In this document: in pieces, positions 24,763-35,599 of the stretch
How the letters are laid out: each line of letters opens with the position of its first letter
How positions within the stretch are numbered: the first letter of the stretch is position 1
Assembly (NCBI GenBank): GCA_964187785.1
Contig: OZ076409.1
Location: forward strand, 97,342,001 to 97,406,000
Origin: Amphiscolops sp. MND2022
Lineage: Eukaryota
Length of the DNA: 64,000 bases
Direction of reading: 5' to 3'
The notes under the pieces: generated by a model
The model's input: only the letters and a program-made list of their open reading frames with translations
Told to the model about the DNA's origin: nothing
Databases searched by the model: none
Program-made: the position numbers and the translations under genes

Positions 24763-25748
24763 TTTTCAAAGTTGAGAGACCAAAGGTCTTTGACAAGAAT
24801 TAAATTCTTCAAAGAAATTTTGAGTTTACGCAATTATGACGAGCAACAAAGTTTTTGAAACAAATTCAAGACTAACTAAAATTACATGCACTTTCTACAT
24901 ATTTATACCTTCTCAGCATCATTTGTTCCTCACCTAAAAATTCCTAGGAATCTTAAAAATCAGGTTTGTTCAACAAAAGGCGTCAATGACTCAGAATATT
25001 TCAGCCCGGCGTTATAAAATCAGGTATTGAAAATCCTAGATACGTCATCGTTCCGTTAATCTTTGTTGAAAACATTTCTGTTCAAGCATTTCCATTTCCT
25101 GTTTGAACTTCAAAATTGCGGCAAAACAAATGTCTAGCTTTCATTTTCATCGACGAGGGCACGCCGGCATTATTCAATATTCAACTTAAGAAATTGAGAT
25201 TTGAAGAAAAAGGATGACATTCAAAAATAGTGACGGAAGCAGGGCGACGCTAAAAATCCAACATCGGGAGTATTTGAAAAGGAGAAACAAATGATGCTGA
25301 TAGGCATTAAAGTAGATTGATAATAGCATAATACATTATTACTTGCAATAAACATGAACTCAACTCAACAATTGGTATGAATTACGGATACGTTCCGTGA
25401 TACAATACTGAAGCTTACAACACAGTACTAAGACTTCGAATATTTCACACATCATTGTCTGGTTACAAAAATTGCAAACTGTGTAAAAATGCATCAACGT
25501 ACTATTGGCGTATTAAGATTCTGGTTACAAAACTGCGAACTGTGTAAAAATGCATCAACGTATTATTGGCGTAATAAGATTCTGGTTACAAAACTGCGAA
25601 CTGTGTAAAAATGCATCAACGTAATATTGGCGTATTAAGATTCTGGTTACAAAACTGCATACTTCTCATAATCTTCAATATCCTCGGCCTCTTCCGCGAC
25701 CAAGAGCAAAACACCATTCGCAACCACGACCGGGAGCAGGTCGTGACA
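24384..25748 (-). repeat. 5' LTR of element A (1365 bp)
   Basis: Direct repeat of 15078-16450; followed by the PBS on the minus strand. Confidence 0.95.
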
Positions 25749-25753
25749 GAAGG

Positions 25754-26130
25754 AGTAGTTAATTTCCCCATAACCGCGGGGTGTACGCCGGATAAGCAGT
25801 TCTGAATTTCTAAGTCGGCGCCCTTTCGGATTCTATCTCCCCATAGCAAGCTATGGTACCATGTTTGCAGCCAAGTGGTCAAGCAATGGTCAGCTTGAAG
25901 CTGTGGTTTCAAAGAGACTTGCTCAAGGTCACAAAGGTCTGAATGCTCTCCGTTGCTCTTTTTGATTTGCTTTTCTCCGCCACGTGTGTTATTTTGTGTC
26001 ACTGACCATACCACTAAGCTAGGGATGAAGGACTTGCTTAAGGACCAACAATGGTGAGTTGAGAGAGATTCGAACCTGATACCGCCCCAGTATAGGCCAT
26101 ATGCTCTAACCATTACGCCATTGGTCCCCC
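25754..26130 (-). mobile_element. tRNA-derived SINE-like repeat
   Basis: Minus-strand A box TGGCGTAATGG (26120-26110) and B box GGTTCGAATC (26076-26067), then GTCCTTAAGCAAGTC as in many tRNA SINE bodies. 3' end uncertain. Confidence 0.6.
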
Positions 26131-26249
26131 TACGCCATTGCCCCCCCCAAACGCCATTGCTGCCCACATACGCCAATGCTCCCCCATGAAGCTACTTTGC
26201 AACAGATTCATTCAGTTGATTTGAACAACGAAGGAACGCCAAATAAAAA

Positions 26250-27319
26250 AAGCCGGGACCAGTCCCATATCTAGTCGGCGCCATATCTAAGGCTCAAAAA
26301 TAGCAAAAGGACTCTAAAGTATTCTCTTTTAGAGCACCCGAAAAAAAATCGAAAAAAGTCTCGCAATGCCTGAAACCTTTAGTCTCGTCCGGTATTGTAT
26401 GTTACGCGGGAAAAAAGGAAAAACGTTTTTGGTTCAGTTCCTTGGTCCAACAGGTACAATATAGAATTTTTTAGAACTTTTGGTAAAACTATTTTGGTCA
26501 CTTCAGGTGTATCGAAAAATAACAATGACGAAAAGCCATGACTATAATCGACTCTTCATGTCGGAAAAAAAATAGATTACATAGTCAGCGATGATCACAT
26601 ACTGTGACGTCACGCTCTGGTATGCCTAAAACTGATGAAAAATTCGATGAGGAGAAACTGAGAAACAGAAGAGAGCGGTCATACAAGAACGAACATGCGT
26701 TTAAAACGAACTGGAAAATTTGTTTTAGACTCAATTACCGGGTGCTGAGCAGACCTTGTTATAGTATTATTTATATACTTTTCATTAAAATTTATTAATA
26801 CGCTCTTTTACGAAACAAATACTCTACAGTGAGTCACTTGGCATTGTTTTTGAAAACTATCGGAACGGTAACTCTGGGTAGCCAAAATGACAAAATGACC
26901 GTTGCTATCACCAATAGCAGACTGAGAGCTCGGAAGATATCCTCAAGAAGCGGGTCCTCCTTCCAAGGGAAGAACCCAAGGGAAGCAAAATGGACATAGC
27001 AGAAGGACTTCAATATGTCAAAGTATTGGTGAGTTGGGGACCCTTTTATGGAAAAAAAATTTTGGGAAAAAGTCTCACAATGCCGAAAAAAACTGAAAGG
27101 GGCGACCCTTTGGTCTCGCCCGGTATGGTAAGTTACGCGGGAAAACAGGAAAAACATTTTCGGTTCAGTTCGCTAGGCCAAATAGTGCAATTTGGTGCAA
27201 TAATATTTTGTAGAACTTTTGTAGAACTATTTTGGTCAGTTCAGGTGGTCCTAAAGAAACACTAACAAAAAGCCATGACTATAGTCGACTCTTTTCTAAA
27301 GAAAAGCGCCGACTAAAAA
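26250..27319 (-). mobile_element. Two HINE-like repeat copies (~26250-26570 and ~26985-27319)
   Basis: AGTCGGCGCCATATCTAAGGCTC at 26273; terminal TAGTCGACTCTTTTCT-AA-AGAAAAGCGCCGACTAAAAA at 27281-27319. Confidence 0.55.
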
Positions 27320-27371
27320 TCGAATCACTTTAGGTACCGCCGACACAGAAAAACTAACTAACACATGCTAC

Positions 27372-27639
27372 TGTGCTGCTTTTAATGGTTGGTTATTGTT
27401 TTGATGGTCTTATACGCAACTACTAAAAGCGGCTGAGAGACAGGCTAGCTAGCTTACTTTATTACAACTATTCCGAGGTGTTAGGAGTAGAACAAAAGGG
27501 AAGTCAACTGAATACTGATTATTAGTTTTCTCTCTCTGAAGGAGTAGAGATTTACAATCATTCAATAACAAATAAATGTACATTCTAGAACATTCTATAA
27601 ACATCTAAATACTATTGGTTATTGATGTAGGTCAGTACA
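27372..27639 (-). repeat. 3' LTR of element B
   Basis: TGTGCTGCT...GTCAGTACA, a direct repeat of 45516-45783; purine-rich CGGGATGGA abuts it on the minus strand (27640-27648). Confidence 0.97.
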
Positions 27640-28691
27640 TCCATCCCGGTTTTTAAATAAAATAAAATTTTAAAGTAGCATCATTAATTGAAATGATGAA
27701 AAAATTTTTTGTTTAAACGTTCTTAGCGTTTCAGCTAGTTAACATTTTTCATTTGATGGATGATTGGCATAAGTCTCGTTAAGAGTGGTGTAGCTCGACT
27801 CATTGGTGTACCTCGAATTGTCAAAATTTTGATTGACACCTCCTAGGTGCGACTACAGTTCAAAAAGCGTCAAAGTGTTCTTTTTCACTATGCTTTCGTC
27901 GGCTTGTTTTTTGAACTGGTAGATGCTCAATTTTATGCTTCTGTTGAAGTTTTGAATGAACTTCGCATTGAACAAACGTGAGCAAACATCATACGAGTTA
28001 GAGGTCAAAGAGTCAAAGAAATAATATTGTTGAGGAGAAAAAATTTTTTGAACGTGAAATACGTTTGAAAAGATTTCAGGTTGTGATTAACTTTGGCGGG
28101 TGTGTTATGTAACAAATGTTGAAAACTTTGAGAATTTGGGTCTGTCGTTATTCGAATTTGATCTGAACAATGTGCTTGACCTGATTTTGAGTTGGTTTTG
28201 TTGAAATTTTAAAAGATTTGTTGATAATATTTGTGAATGTTTTGGATAGGATAGCACCGAAAAATAATAATTATTACTAATTATTCTTTAAAAATAAAGC
28301 AAATAAATATCGGTACGGGTGTGAATAAAAGATTTTTGGGCAAATAAATATGGGTGGGGATGAAATTTGAAATAGTAACTACATAATGAATAATTTCGGT
28401 AAAAGTTTGAATTCTTTAAATATTAGATGAGTTTGAAACTTTTCGAAATGTTATCATGCACAATGTTTTTTCTTTGAGTTTTCTTTATTATTAATTATCG
28501 ATCATCTTTGGCTGAGCATGTGGGTGATGATGGACGATGGGAAGATGGAAGAAGAATGGTCAGCAGATGAATGAAGGTGGGCAACTGTTGGGCGGCGGTG
28601 AAGTTGAAGATTGGTGCTGATCTGTTGCTCGTTGAAGATGTGGAATTCGAAGATGGGAGTAGATGGGTGCTGTTGGTGGCGTCTGTTGATA

Positions 28692-29168
28692 TTAGAAGGA
28701 AACGTAAGTATATGTTTTGTGTGGGTAATTATCATCTATAAGTGCTTCTGGGGGATCTTTTTGAAGGTCTTCGTCAGTGTCATCATTGTCATCTGAGGGC
28801 CAATATGAATTTAGACGTTGTTTTTCCATTTCGGAACGCATTTTATTGGATAGGGTTCGTAGTAAACGCTTGGGGTTGATTGTAGTATGTTCCGTTTGGG
28901 TAGTGGCATCCTTTTGAGTTGAATAAGTGTCAGGATGTTTATGAATATGGAGATATTGGTCGAATTTTATTCTTGTTATTTGGAATATTTGGAATATATT
29001 AAGCAATATCATCCTTGTAAGATGTAGGTCAGCCTTTTTTTCTGTTCGAAGCTGCGCATTTAATGTCGTTAAATGCTTTTTCAGGATCAAGGATCGCAAT
29101 CGAGCTGAAGAGATTGAAAGGAAAGGAGCTATCGGGCAGTCAATGTCGCCAGAGTGGATAGTTGTCAT
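28692..29168 (-). CDS. Element B accessory ORF, 158 aa (frame open upstream to ~29285), unknown function
   Basis: ORF track; in-frame upstream extension reaches two acceptor-like sites (AG at 29286-29285 and 29239-29238). Confidence 0.5.
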   Translation of the reverse strand: MTTIHSGDIDCPIAPFLSISSARLRSLILKKHLTTLNAQLRTEKKADLHLTRMILLNIFQIFQITRIKFDQYLHIHKHPDTYSTQKDATTQTEHTTINPKRLLRTLSNKMRSEMEKQRLNSYWPSDDNDDTDEDLQKDPPEALIDDNYPHKTYTYVSF

Positions 29169-29666
29169 ATTGAAGAATGAGAAAATTTCGTTGAAAGCTG
29201 TAGAGGATACTTCGGAATTTTTTTTTGAATGGGTGACCTGAGAGAAGGAAGAAATGCTGAAGAAGCAGTTGTGACGATATTCACCTAAAATAGATTAGTT
29301 TGTTTACAATAAAGTTCCTTTGAAAATAGAATTTCGTAGTTGACATTTTTTTATTGAATTTTGTGATGTTATAACTTTTTAATTTTAAGTCTTTTGAAGG
29401 GTATTTAAATATCTTTCATATAAGTACTTATTTGTTGAAATCGGTCCATTAAAAGGAGGAGCAATTGAAAAATTTCGTTGAAAATTTTTATGTCGTGATT
29501 GAAATTTTTATGTTATTTCATTTTAAAAGTGTAATTTAACATCAAGCATGTATTAGAATCATGCATAGCAGGCATATGCGTGTAGATTCAATTAATTTTG
29601 ACAGGTTGTTAAGAGATTAAGTGATAAGTGTTAATAACTTTAAAGCTATTATCCCATAATTACCAG

Positions 29667-30959
29667 TTAAGATCGATGCATTTTTTCAATAGTGTAGTTG
29701 AATTCGTCTAAGGATGTGCGAATGCACAAAGCTGATTGGCTAATTCTTGTCGTATCAAATACGATATTTTGTATTATGCTTCGAGCTTGTTCAAGGGTAT
29801 TTACGATTTCAGCGATTGTTATAAGAATATCTCGGTTTGGATGATGATACGGTTTTCTGATATTCAGAATTTCCGTATAGTTCTGTAATTCATCTGTTGG
29901 GCGAAAGCTTTGTGGTTGAGGAATATCATTTTTGGTTTTCTTAGGCGATTCTTGTTTTGCTTTTTTATTTTCTTTGTGATTTCCATTTGTAAGAAGTGAA
30001 AGCAAGTGGGAAATAATGAAAATTAATTCATTATTTGAATATCCCTTTTTGATCATTGCGTGAAAATAAGACTTTTCACAGTCTCCCAATGGTTGAGAGG
30101 CTATTTGTTGAAGTGAAGGAAGAGGATCAGATATATGTTGAGGTATATCTTCTTGTAGTAACGAATCGTCGTTTAGAATGAGGTATTCTTGTGGAACAAT
30201 GATTGGTCTTTTTGGGTTATCATTTGGAAGGAAGAGAAAACTTTGTTTCAGCGGGTCACAATTTCTGAGTTTTCCTTTTGTTTTGGTATGATCTATTAAA
30301 TATTCTGAGTTGAAAGTGATTGGCGATGTATATTTGGAGTTGAAGAATATATAATTATCGGGTTCTTTATATTGAAGGAACTTTTGATAATTCATATGGT
30401 GGGCCTTTTTGATTTGATATGGCAAAAAATTTGCATCATTTTCTTCTGTTCGGAGATCACATGGAGATGGTCTGAGAAAGTTGTATTGAAGTGAGAAAAT
30501 TTTCACTTTATTGGTTAACCACCAATCATATGGGGTAATCAGTTTTGAAGCAATTGATGTATGATAATCATTTTTAAATTCTCTGATGATGAATTTGTAT
30601 TTTGTTGGGATCATGTATAACGAAGTTAACTGAGATTGAAATGTGAATTGTTTCGACGAGAGAATAGGAACTAATTCACAATCTCTATCTTCATCTTGTT
30701 TAATTGGTTTTATGAAAGGAGGGCAAGCGCCAGATTCCATAAAAGTTTTATCTGCGGTTATATCTGGGTACTTTCTTTTTTGAGATCTTGTGTTGACATG
30801 ATCTACTTGTTCAATAGGGATATTTTCTATAGGATCTTGAGAGTTGGAGGAAGAGTTATTATCTTCGTTAACATTTTGTTGAATAGTTATATTCAAAGGG
30901 GTTGCAAGCAATTCAGAGGGATTAGAGTTAACTACATCAAATTCGGGCAAGGATTCCAT
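29667..30959 (-). CDS. Element B accessory ORF, 430 aa, unknown function
   Basis: Long intact ATG ORF in ~30% GC DNA; basic motif TRSQKRK; helical C-terminus; no recognised domain. Confidence 0.75.
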   Translation of the reverse strand: MESLPEFDVVNSNPSELLATPLNITIQQNVNEDNNSSSNSQDPIENIPIEQVDHVNTRSQKRKYPDITADKTFMESGACPPFIKPIKQDEDRDCELVPILSSKQFTFQSQLTSLYMIPTKYKFIIREFKNDYHTSIASKLITPYDWWLTNKVKIFSLQYNFLRPSPCDLRTEENDANFLPYQIKKAHHMNYQKFLQYKEPDNYIFFNSKYTSPITFNSEYLIDHTKTKGKLRNCDPLKQSFLFLPNDNPKRPIIVPQEYLILNDDSLLQEDIPQHISDPLPSLQQIASQPLGDCEKSYFHAMIKKGYSNNELIFIISHLLSLLTNGNHKENKKAKQESPKKTKNDIPQPQSFRPTDELQNYTEILNIRKPYHHPNRDILITIAEIVNTLEQARSIIQNIVFDTTRISQSALCIRTSLDEFNYTIEKMHRS

Positions 30960-31381
30960 TATTTAAACTTGCGTGTTTTTGTAGAGCTAAAATATTAATT
31001 ATAACATTTGATTACATTTTTTCTAATACTAAGGAAAAATTTTGTTATGTCTTTTCTATCCATTAAATTGTTTGTTAAAATTAAAGTTTAAATTGTACTT
31101 ACAATATGGGAATACTGGGTCAATGATGGGTTGAACACATCAACAATCACAGTGGCATCTATTCCAGGAATAGAAACTTCTGTGATTTCGGTCGTTTAGA
31201 TGGACTGAAAATCCAGTTGATGTCTTCTGGTTGAGAGTTGAGTTGAGTTGAGTTGACAAGGAGAGACCGGTCCGAGTGAGAATTTCGATGTGAATGAAAG
31301 TTGAAACTGAGAAGAATTTGGTTGATAATTTTGTGAACTTTTCTTGAGGTTAATTTGTTTTTTTACGTTATTGTCTTTCAG

Positions 31382-33958
31382 CTAGGAGGGATTGAATTTT
31401 ATAAAGACTTTAGCAGGACTTTCCGGTACAGCTATTACATTTGACATTATTGGGTCATAGTCCTGAGAATTAATATCGTTTACATTAGTTGGGTGTGTCT
31501 TTTGCGGTGATTGAAATGTTGAATTCTTACTGGAATATTTAGGAGGTAAATAAGGGGAGTCAGTATCAGAGTGTCTTCGTTTATTGTTTAATTCTTTTTC
31601 CGGCAATAGGATATTATCATTTTCACTTGTTGTAATTTTGTGTTTAGTATATATCCGTTTTCGTTTTCCTGTATTATTTAAATCGGTTACCATTTCCGAC
31701 GTAACTATATTTAAAAATCCATGGGCTATTGAACTCAAAATGGAAATATTGCTTTGGAGATTATATTTTATGCTAATTGTTCCGTAGAATTTGAGTAAAA
31801 ATGTTAAAACTTCTCTAATGAAAAGGAATGTTGAAAAATAAATTCCACATTGGGTTAAAACATAACATGGGTATCCAAAGAAATTAATGAATGCTTGACT
31901 GAACCAGTCAGGGTTAAAAAGTGGTAGAAGATTTAACAAGTGGTCATGTCCTCCAATCCTTAAATGATTATAAGGATTATGTTCTGAGTATGAGTGTTTT
32001 TCGTTATGCATTGAAATGAAATCATAGCTTAATGATTTTCCAAGTAATTGAAGAGTTGTGTCTGAATGTTTAGCAAATAATACTCTATTCCAGAATTGAT
32101 CTAATTCTGCATTTGAGTATATACCGGCATCTTGGGCGGTAAATGTATTAGGAGTGATTGTTGTTTTAATTTGGGTAGGTTTAAACATTTGTGGTGCTTC
32201 TCGTTTGAGTGGTTCTGGTGTTAACACATAAAAATCTCCGTCGTTGGAATCTGGATCTAATTCTATTATATTTTGTGGGTTATTTCCACATTCAATTGGT
32301 GTTGCGTAGTTAAAAGTTTGTCTTGTTATTGGGTCAACATACATTATCGTTTCTCTGTAGTGTATAGGAATTCTATCAAAGCATTTATCTGCCTTGTATA
32401 GTGGTGATATAAAATGAGGGCAATCATACAGCCATGCTGTAGATCCTTCAACGTAGAGAAAGTTACTACGATTTCCAGTTAAAAGAAAACCGGCTAATTG
32501 GGGATTTTTAACTGACATTGCTAGTATTGTTAACAGTTGAGTTCTTTCTAGTTCACATATTGTATGAAGAGTGTTTAGTTCTTGTACTGTCATGGATTTA
32601 AATACATGATTTATTGTGAAATCAATCTTTGTATTAATGTGGGCATCATAGTCTAAAGTGGTGAAATTGTTTGATATATTCAATGCAGGGAATATATATC
32701 TTTCGTTTGAATCATCATATTTTATATTTCCACTAATTGTTTGGTCAATTATTGAGTGTGGTTTTGGTAATCCTGTGTTCATATCAAAACCATCTAAGTA
32801 TGTAACAAAGATGTCATCATATTGTGTTGAAAATAATGGTTCAGGTTTTCCACAGAAAGTTTGTGCAATTGGGTAAATTTCAAATCGAGAAAGGCTTGGA
32901 TTGCTTACTTTTGATTGTGGTGTTTTTATATTAGGGTATTTTGTTCCTTGTATTCCTTCGGTTTGAAGTTTTTGTGTGATGTTTGAAGTTTCAATAAAGG
33001 TATCGGTTTCTATCCAGTATCTATCTTTGATTCGTGTCATTCTACCAATGAATTCTTGAAGTTGAAATATGAGGCAAAATTTTTCATCAAACCATGTTAA
33101 TGTATATGGAGTTTTGGTCGTTGGTTTACAAAATCCGTCTGAATGATAACATGGTAATATGTGTCCGTCATGTATTATTTGATTGTTTTTATCGTCATAA
33201 TCTATTGCGGTGTTAACAATTCTAAGTTTCCAACTTTGTCGGGTAATTAAATGTTCGCGGTCTGATCGACATCTAGAGTATGTATTTTGTGTAACATTAA
33301 CTATCCAATCAGGATAATTTTCGTCAAATACGAAGGTTCCAGTATGCCATGTATTTAATTTTTTTACTCTAAATGGTGTCTGAATTCGTTCAATTGTGTT
33401 TTGATAATTACTATCATCGAACAATGAGAAAGAGCTTTGTATATTGTAATTGTTTAATTCTTCGCTATCAGTCGCGTTTAAATATCTGATCATATTTTTG
33501 CATTCAATAGGGTCCAATATTTTTGGAAGTTCTAATGTGTTTTGTCCCCATTGTAAACGATCATATCGTCTACTAGATGTGAATGTTTGTGAACACCAGA
33601 CTTTCTCAGTCTTTATATATGCTTCACATTTAAAGGCTTTTATTCTTTTGGCTTTTGCTCTAACGTAAATTGTTGCTTGGGTTTTTGTGTGTTGTATATC
33701 TGAGGGTGCTTGTTTACATGGTTCTACGTTTAATAAACTGAATTGTCTTAGGTTGTTTTGTTTTGCACAATCATAATGAGATACCATTAAGTTTAAAATG
33801 TTAGGATCTTGGTCTGAAATATGATTTTCGGAATTGGTGGTGTCAACTTTGGGAACAGTTGAAGGATGAACTAAAGAGTGAACTATATTTATTGTATACG
33901 TGTATTTAACAACTTGTATTACATATATTAAATGAAAGGTAAAGGTGATTTGGTTCAT
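31382..33958 (-). CDS. env: Envelope-like glycoprotein, 858 aa, chuvirus G / class III fusogen-like
   Basis: 16 Cys, several N-x-S/T sequons, C-proximal hydrophobic segment (FFGYPCYVLTQCGIYFSTFLFIREVLTFLL) and a charged tail. Motifs YDC..FSLLNVEPC, CELER..L..LA...P..AG, C...IPI......YVDP.T, GIYS..EL. Confidence 0.8.
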   Translation of the reverse strand: MNQITFTFHLIYVIQVVKYTYTINIVHSLVHPSTVPKVDTTNSENHISDQDPNILNLMVSHYDCAKQNNLRQFSLLNVEPCKQAPSDIQHTKTQATIYVRAKAKRIKAFKCEAYIKTEKVWCSQTFTSSRRYDRLQWGQNTLELPKILDPIECKNMIRYLNATDSEELNNYNIQSSFSLFDDSNYQNTIERIQTPFRVKKLNTWHTGTFVFDENYPDWIVNVTQNTYSRCRSDREHLITRQSWKLRIVNTAIDYDDKNNQIIHDGHILPCYHSDGFCKPTTKTPYTLTWFDEKFCLIFQLQEFIGRMTRIKDRYWIETDTFIETSNITQKLQTEGIQGTKYPNIKTPQSKVSNPSLSRFEIYPIAQTFCGKPEPLFSTQYDDIFVTYLDGFDMNTGLPKPHSIIDQTISGNIKYDDSNERYIFPALNISNNFTTLDYDAHINTKIDFTINHVFKSMTVQELNTLHTICELERTQLLTILAMSVKNPQLAGFLLTGNRSNFLYVEGSTAWLYDCPHFISPLYKADKCFDRIPIHYRETIMYVDPITRQTFNYATPIECGNNPQNIIELDPDSNDGDFYVLTPEPLKREAPQMFKPTQIKTTITPNTFTAQDAGIYSNAELDQFWNRVLFAKHSDTTLQLLGKSLSYDFISMHNEKHSYSEHNPYNHLRIGGHDHLLNLLPLFNPDWFSQAFINFFGYPCYVLTQCGIYFSTFLFIREVLTFLLKFYGTISIKYNLQSNISILSSIAHGFLNIVTSEMVTDLNNTGKRKRIYTKHKITTSENDNILLPEKELNNKRRHSDTDSPYLPPKYSSKNSTFQSPQKTHPTNVNDINSQDYDPIMSNVIAVPESPAKVFIKFNPS

Positions 33959-33960
33959 GG

Positions 33961-35430
33961 TTAAAATATTGATCTATAATTGAGTCCTGAGTAGGGATTA
34001 AAAAAGTTTATATGTCCTGTTCTAATCTCAGGTAAATCGGCGTCACAAAGGTAGGAAATGGAGGTAACAATGAATGGTGATGGGGTTGTTTTATGTGCTA
34101 CTCTTGTTGAAAGAGAGAATGGATGAGGTCCTAACGAGTTGAATGTGACTTCTACTTCAAATTTTAATGTGAGTTGTTGTTCTTGTAATCTTCGTAGTTC
34201 TCTTTGTTTTCTTTGAGTTGAGAGTGAACTATTGTTTATAAATCTTGCAGGTAATACCGTGTATCGAGGATCTTCGTTAAGCGTGCGAACAATTTTTGAG
34301 TTAACACGAATAGGATATTCGTGAGGATTTGGCGATGGAGGTCTTGAGAAGTCTTCTAAAAAATATTCAGGTAATTGTATAGAGGAGTTTGAGGCTATTG
34401 AGCTAGGTGAGTAAACTCGTGAAAAATTAGCTGCGCTATCTGATATAGTTGCTGGCTCTTCAGAAAGAAGAGAGGCTGTTTCAAATCCTGATGTGATTTG
34501 AAATGGTAGTGATAGAGAAGATGGTATAGTGGGCTGAGATGAGGAAAGAGAAGAAGTGTCCAATCTGGGTTGGGCGTGTTGTCGAAGTAGTCTTGAGTTT
34601 GTACTTGAACTAGTTAAGGATTGTAATTCTTGAGAATTTCTTTGTTGTTGAGATCGAAGGTTATAATTATGTCTTGGTACTCTAGTACTAGCAGTTGAGT
34701 CAGAGTCTTTATCTTTATGATATAAGTCTGGTAATGAAGAGGTAGTTGTTGAATGTACACGTTGTAATTCAAGCTTGGGATATATTTGAGAAAATGTGAA
34801 GGAACTTAGTTCCGATGGTGAAGGAGTTGGGTATTGTTGTGATTTTTTCGTTGGTGATTTTAATGAAGGTTCTGGTAAAAATGTTATTGGGATATTACTT
34901 GATGATGGTAAATCAAGATTTTGTGGTAATGTAGGTAAAGGAGTTTTTCTTTTTGTTTTCGTTGCAGTTGGTACTTTTTGTGGACGAGAATTTATGTATT
35001 GTAGTACTGAGCTAGGATCAGGAATATGAATAGAACGAGTAGTAGTAATCGGTGGAAGAGGAGGTCTTTTCAAAATATCTGAAGTATCTTGTGTATTTGG
35101 TATTGTAGGTGTTTCATCATTAGAGTCAGAAAGTGGTGAATTTGTTTCTAAAAATGTTAGATTTCGTGAAATAGGTTGTGATTGAGTTGTTAATATTTGT
35201 GGTTGAGTTTGGGATATAGGTGTATTAGTGGGTGTTGTTGGTACTTTATCAGGAGTATATGGAGCGGATGGACTGGGATTTGAGGATGAGGAATCCAGTA
35301 TGTCTGTATCTGAGTTTAAATATGCTGTATATTCAGGTAATCTTTGGAGTGAATGTGTTGAACTAGAAGAAGAGTTATTTGTAGTTGATGATGGTGAGTG
35401 AATATGTCTATCAATTTTGAAATCGATGTG
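33961..35430 (-). CDS. S/P/T-rich ORF between pol and env (~490 open codons, no in-frame ATG)
   Basis: The ORF-track 370 aa starts at a TTG; the frame stays open upstream to ~35430. Low-complexity N-part and a more ordered C-terminal ~110 aa. Confidence 0.6.
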   Translation of the reverse strand, partial: HIDFKIDRHIHSPSSTTNNSSSSSTHSLQRLPEYTAYLNSDTDILDSSSSNPSPSAPYTPDKVPTTPTNTPISQTQPQILTTQSQPISRNLTFLETNSPLSDSNDETPTIPNTQDTSDILKRPPLPPITTTRSIHIPDPSSVLQYINSRPQKVPTATKTKRKTPLPTLPQNLDLPSSSNIPITFLPEPSLKSPTKKSQQYPTPSPSELSSFTFSQIYPKLELQRVHSTTTSSLPDLYHKDKDSDSTASTRVPRHNYNLRSQQQRNSQELQSLTSSSTNSRLLRQHAQPRLDTSSLSSSQPTIPSSLSLPFQITSGFETASLLSEEPATISDSAANFSRVYSPSSIASNSSIQLPEYFLEDFSRPPSPNPHEYPIRVNSKIVRTLNEDPRYTVLPARFINNSSLSTQRKQRELRRLQEQQLTLKFEVEVTFNSLGPHPFSLSTRVAHKTTPSPFIVTSISYLCDADLPEIRTGHINFFNPYSGLNYRSIF

Positions 35431-35599
35431 TTATGATAGTTAGTTTCAGCTTGTAAAATAGTTATAGTTTCATATCAATTTGGATTTCTTTCTTTTATTC
35501 TCAGTCGTGAAATAAATTTCATTTATTTTCGTTTTAAGCTTCAAACTTTTTCTTTCTTTCAAACTTTCTTTGTGTGTATTTCTTTCTGTATTCCGTATT

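Larger units (their letters stand above)
15078..25748 (-). mobile_element. Ty3/gypsy LTR retrotransposon A (internally deleted, with accessory genes)
   Basis: Direct repeats 15078-16450 and 24384-25748 (TG...CA), 5-bp TSD GAAGG (15073-15077, 25749-25753), PBS and PPT on the minus strand, RNase H then integrase order. Confidence 0.95.

Noticed and set aside
25616..26176. 186-aa ORF
   Set aside because: Spans a SINE-like repeat, the TSD and the LTR start, so it is a chance chimeric frame.
28655..28691. PTAP motif after the stop of the 158-aa ORF
   Set aside because: It lies beyond a stop codon and all three frames are stop-poor here, so the real frame cannot be chosen.
31382..33958. Host domestication of env (intact while gag-pol is broken)
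   Set aside because: With only 2/268 LTR differences, few lesions are expected per kb, so an intact 2.6-kb ORF needs no selection to explain it.
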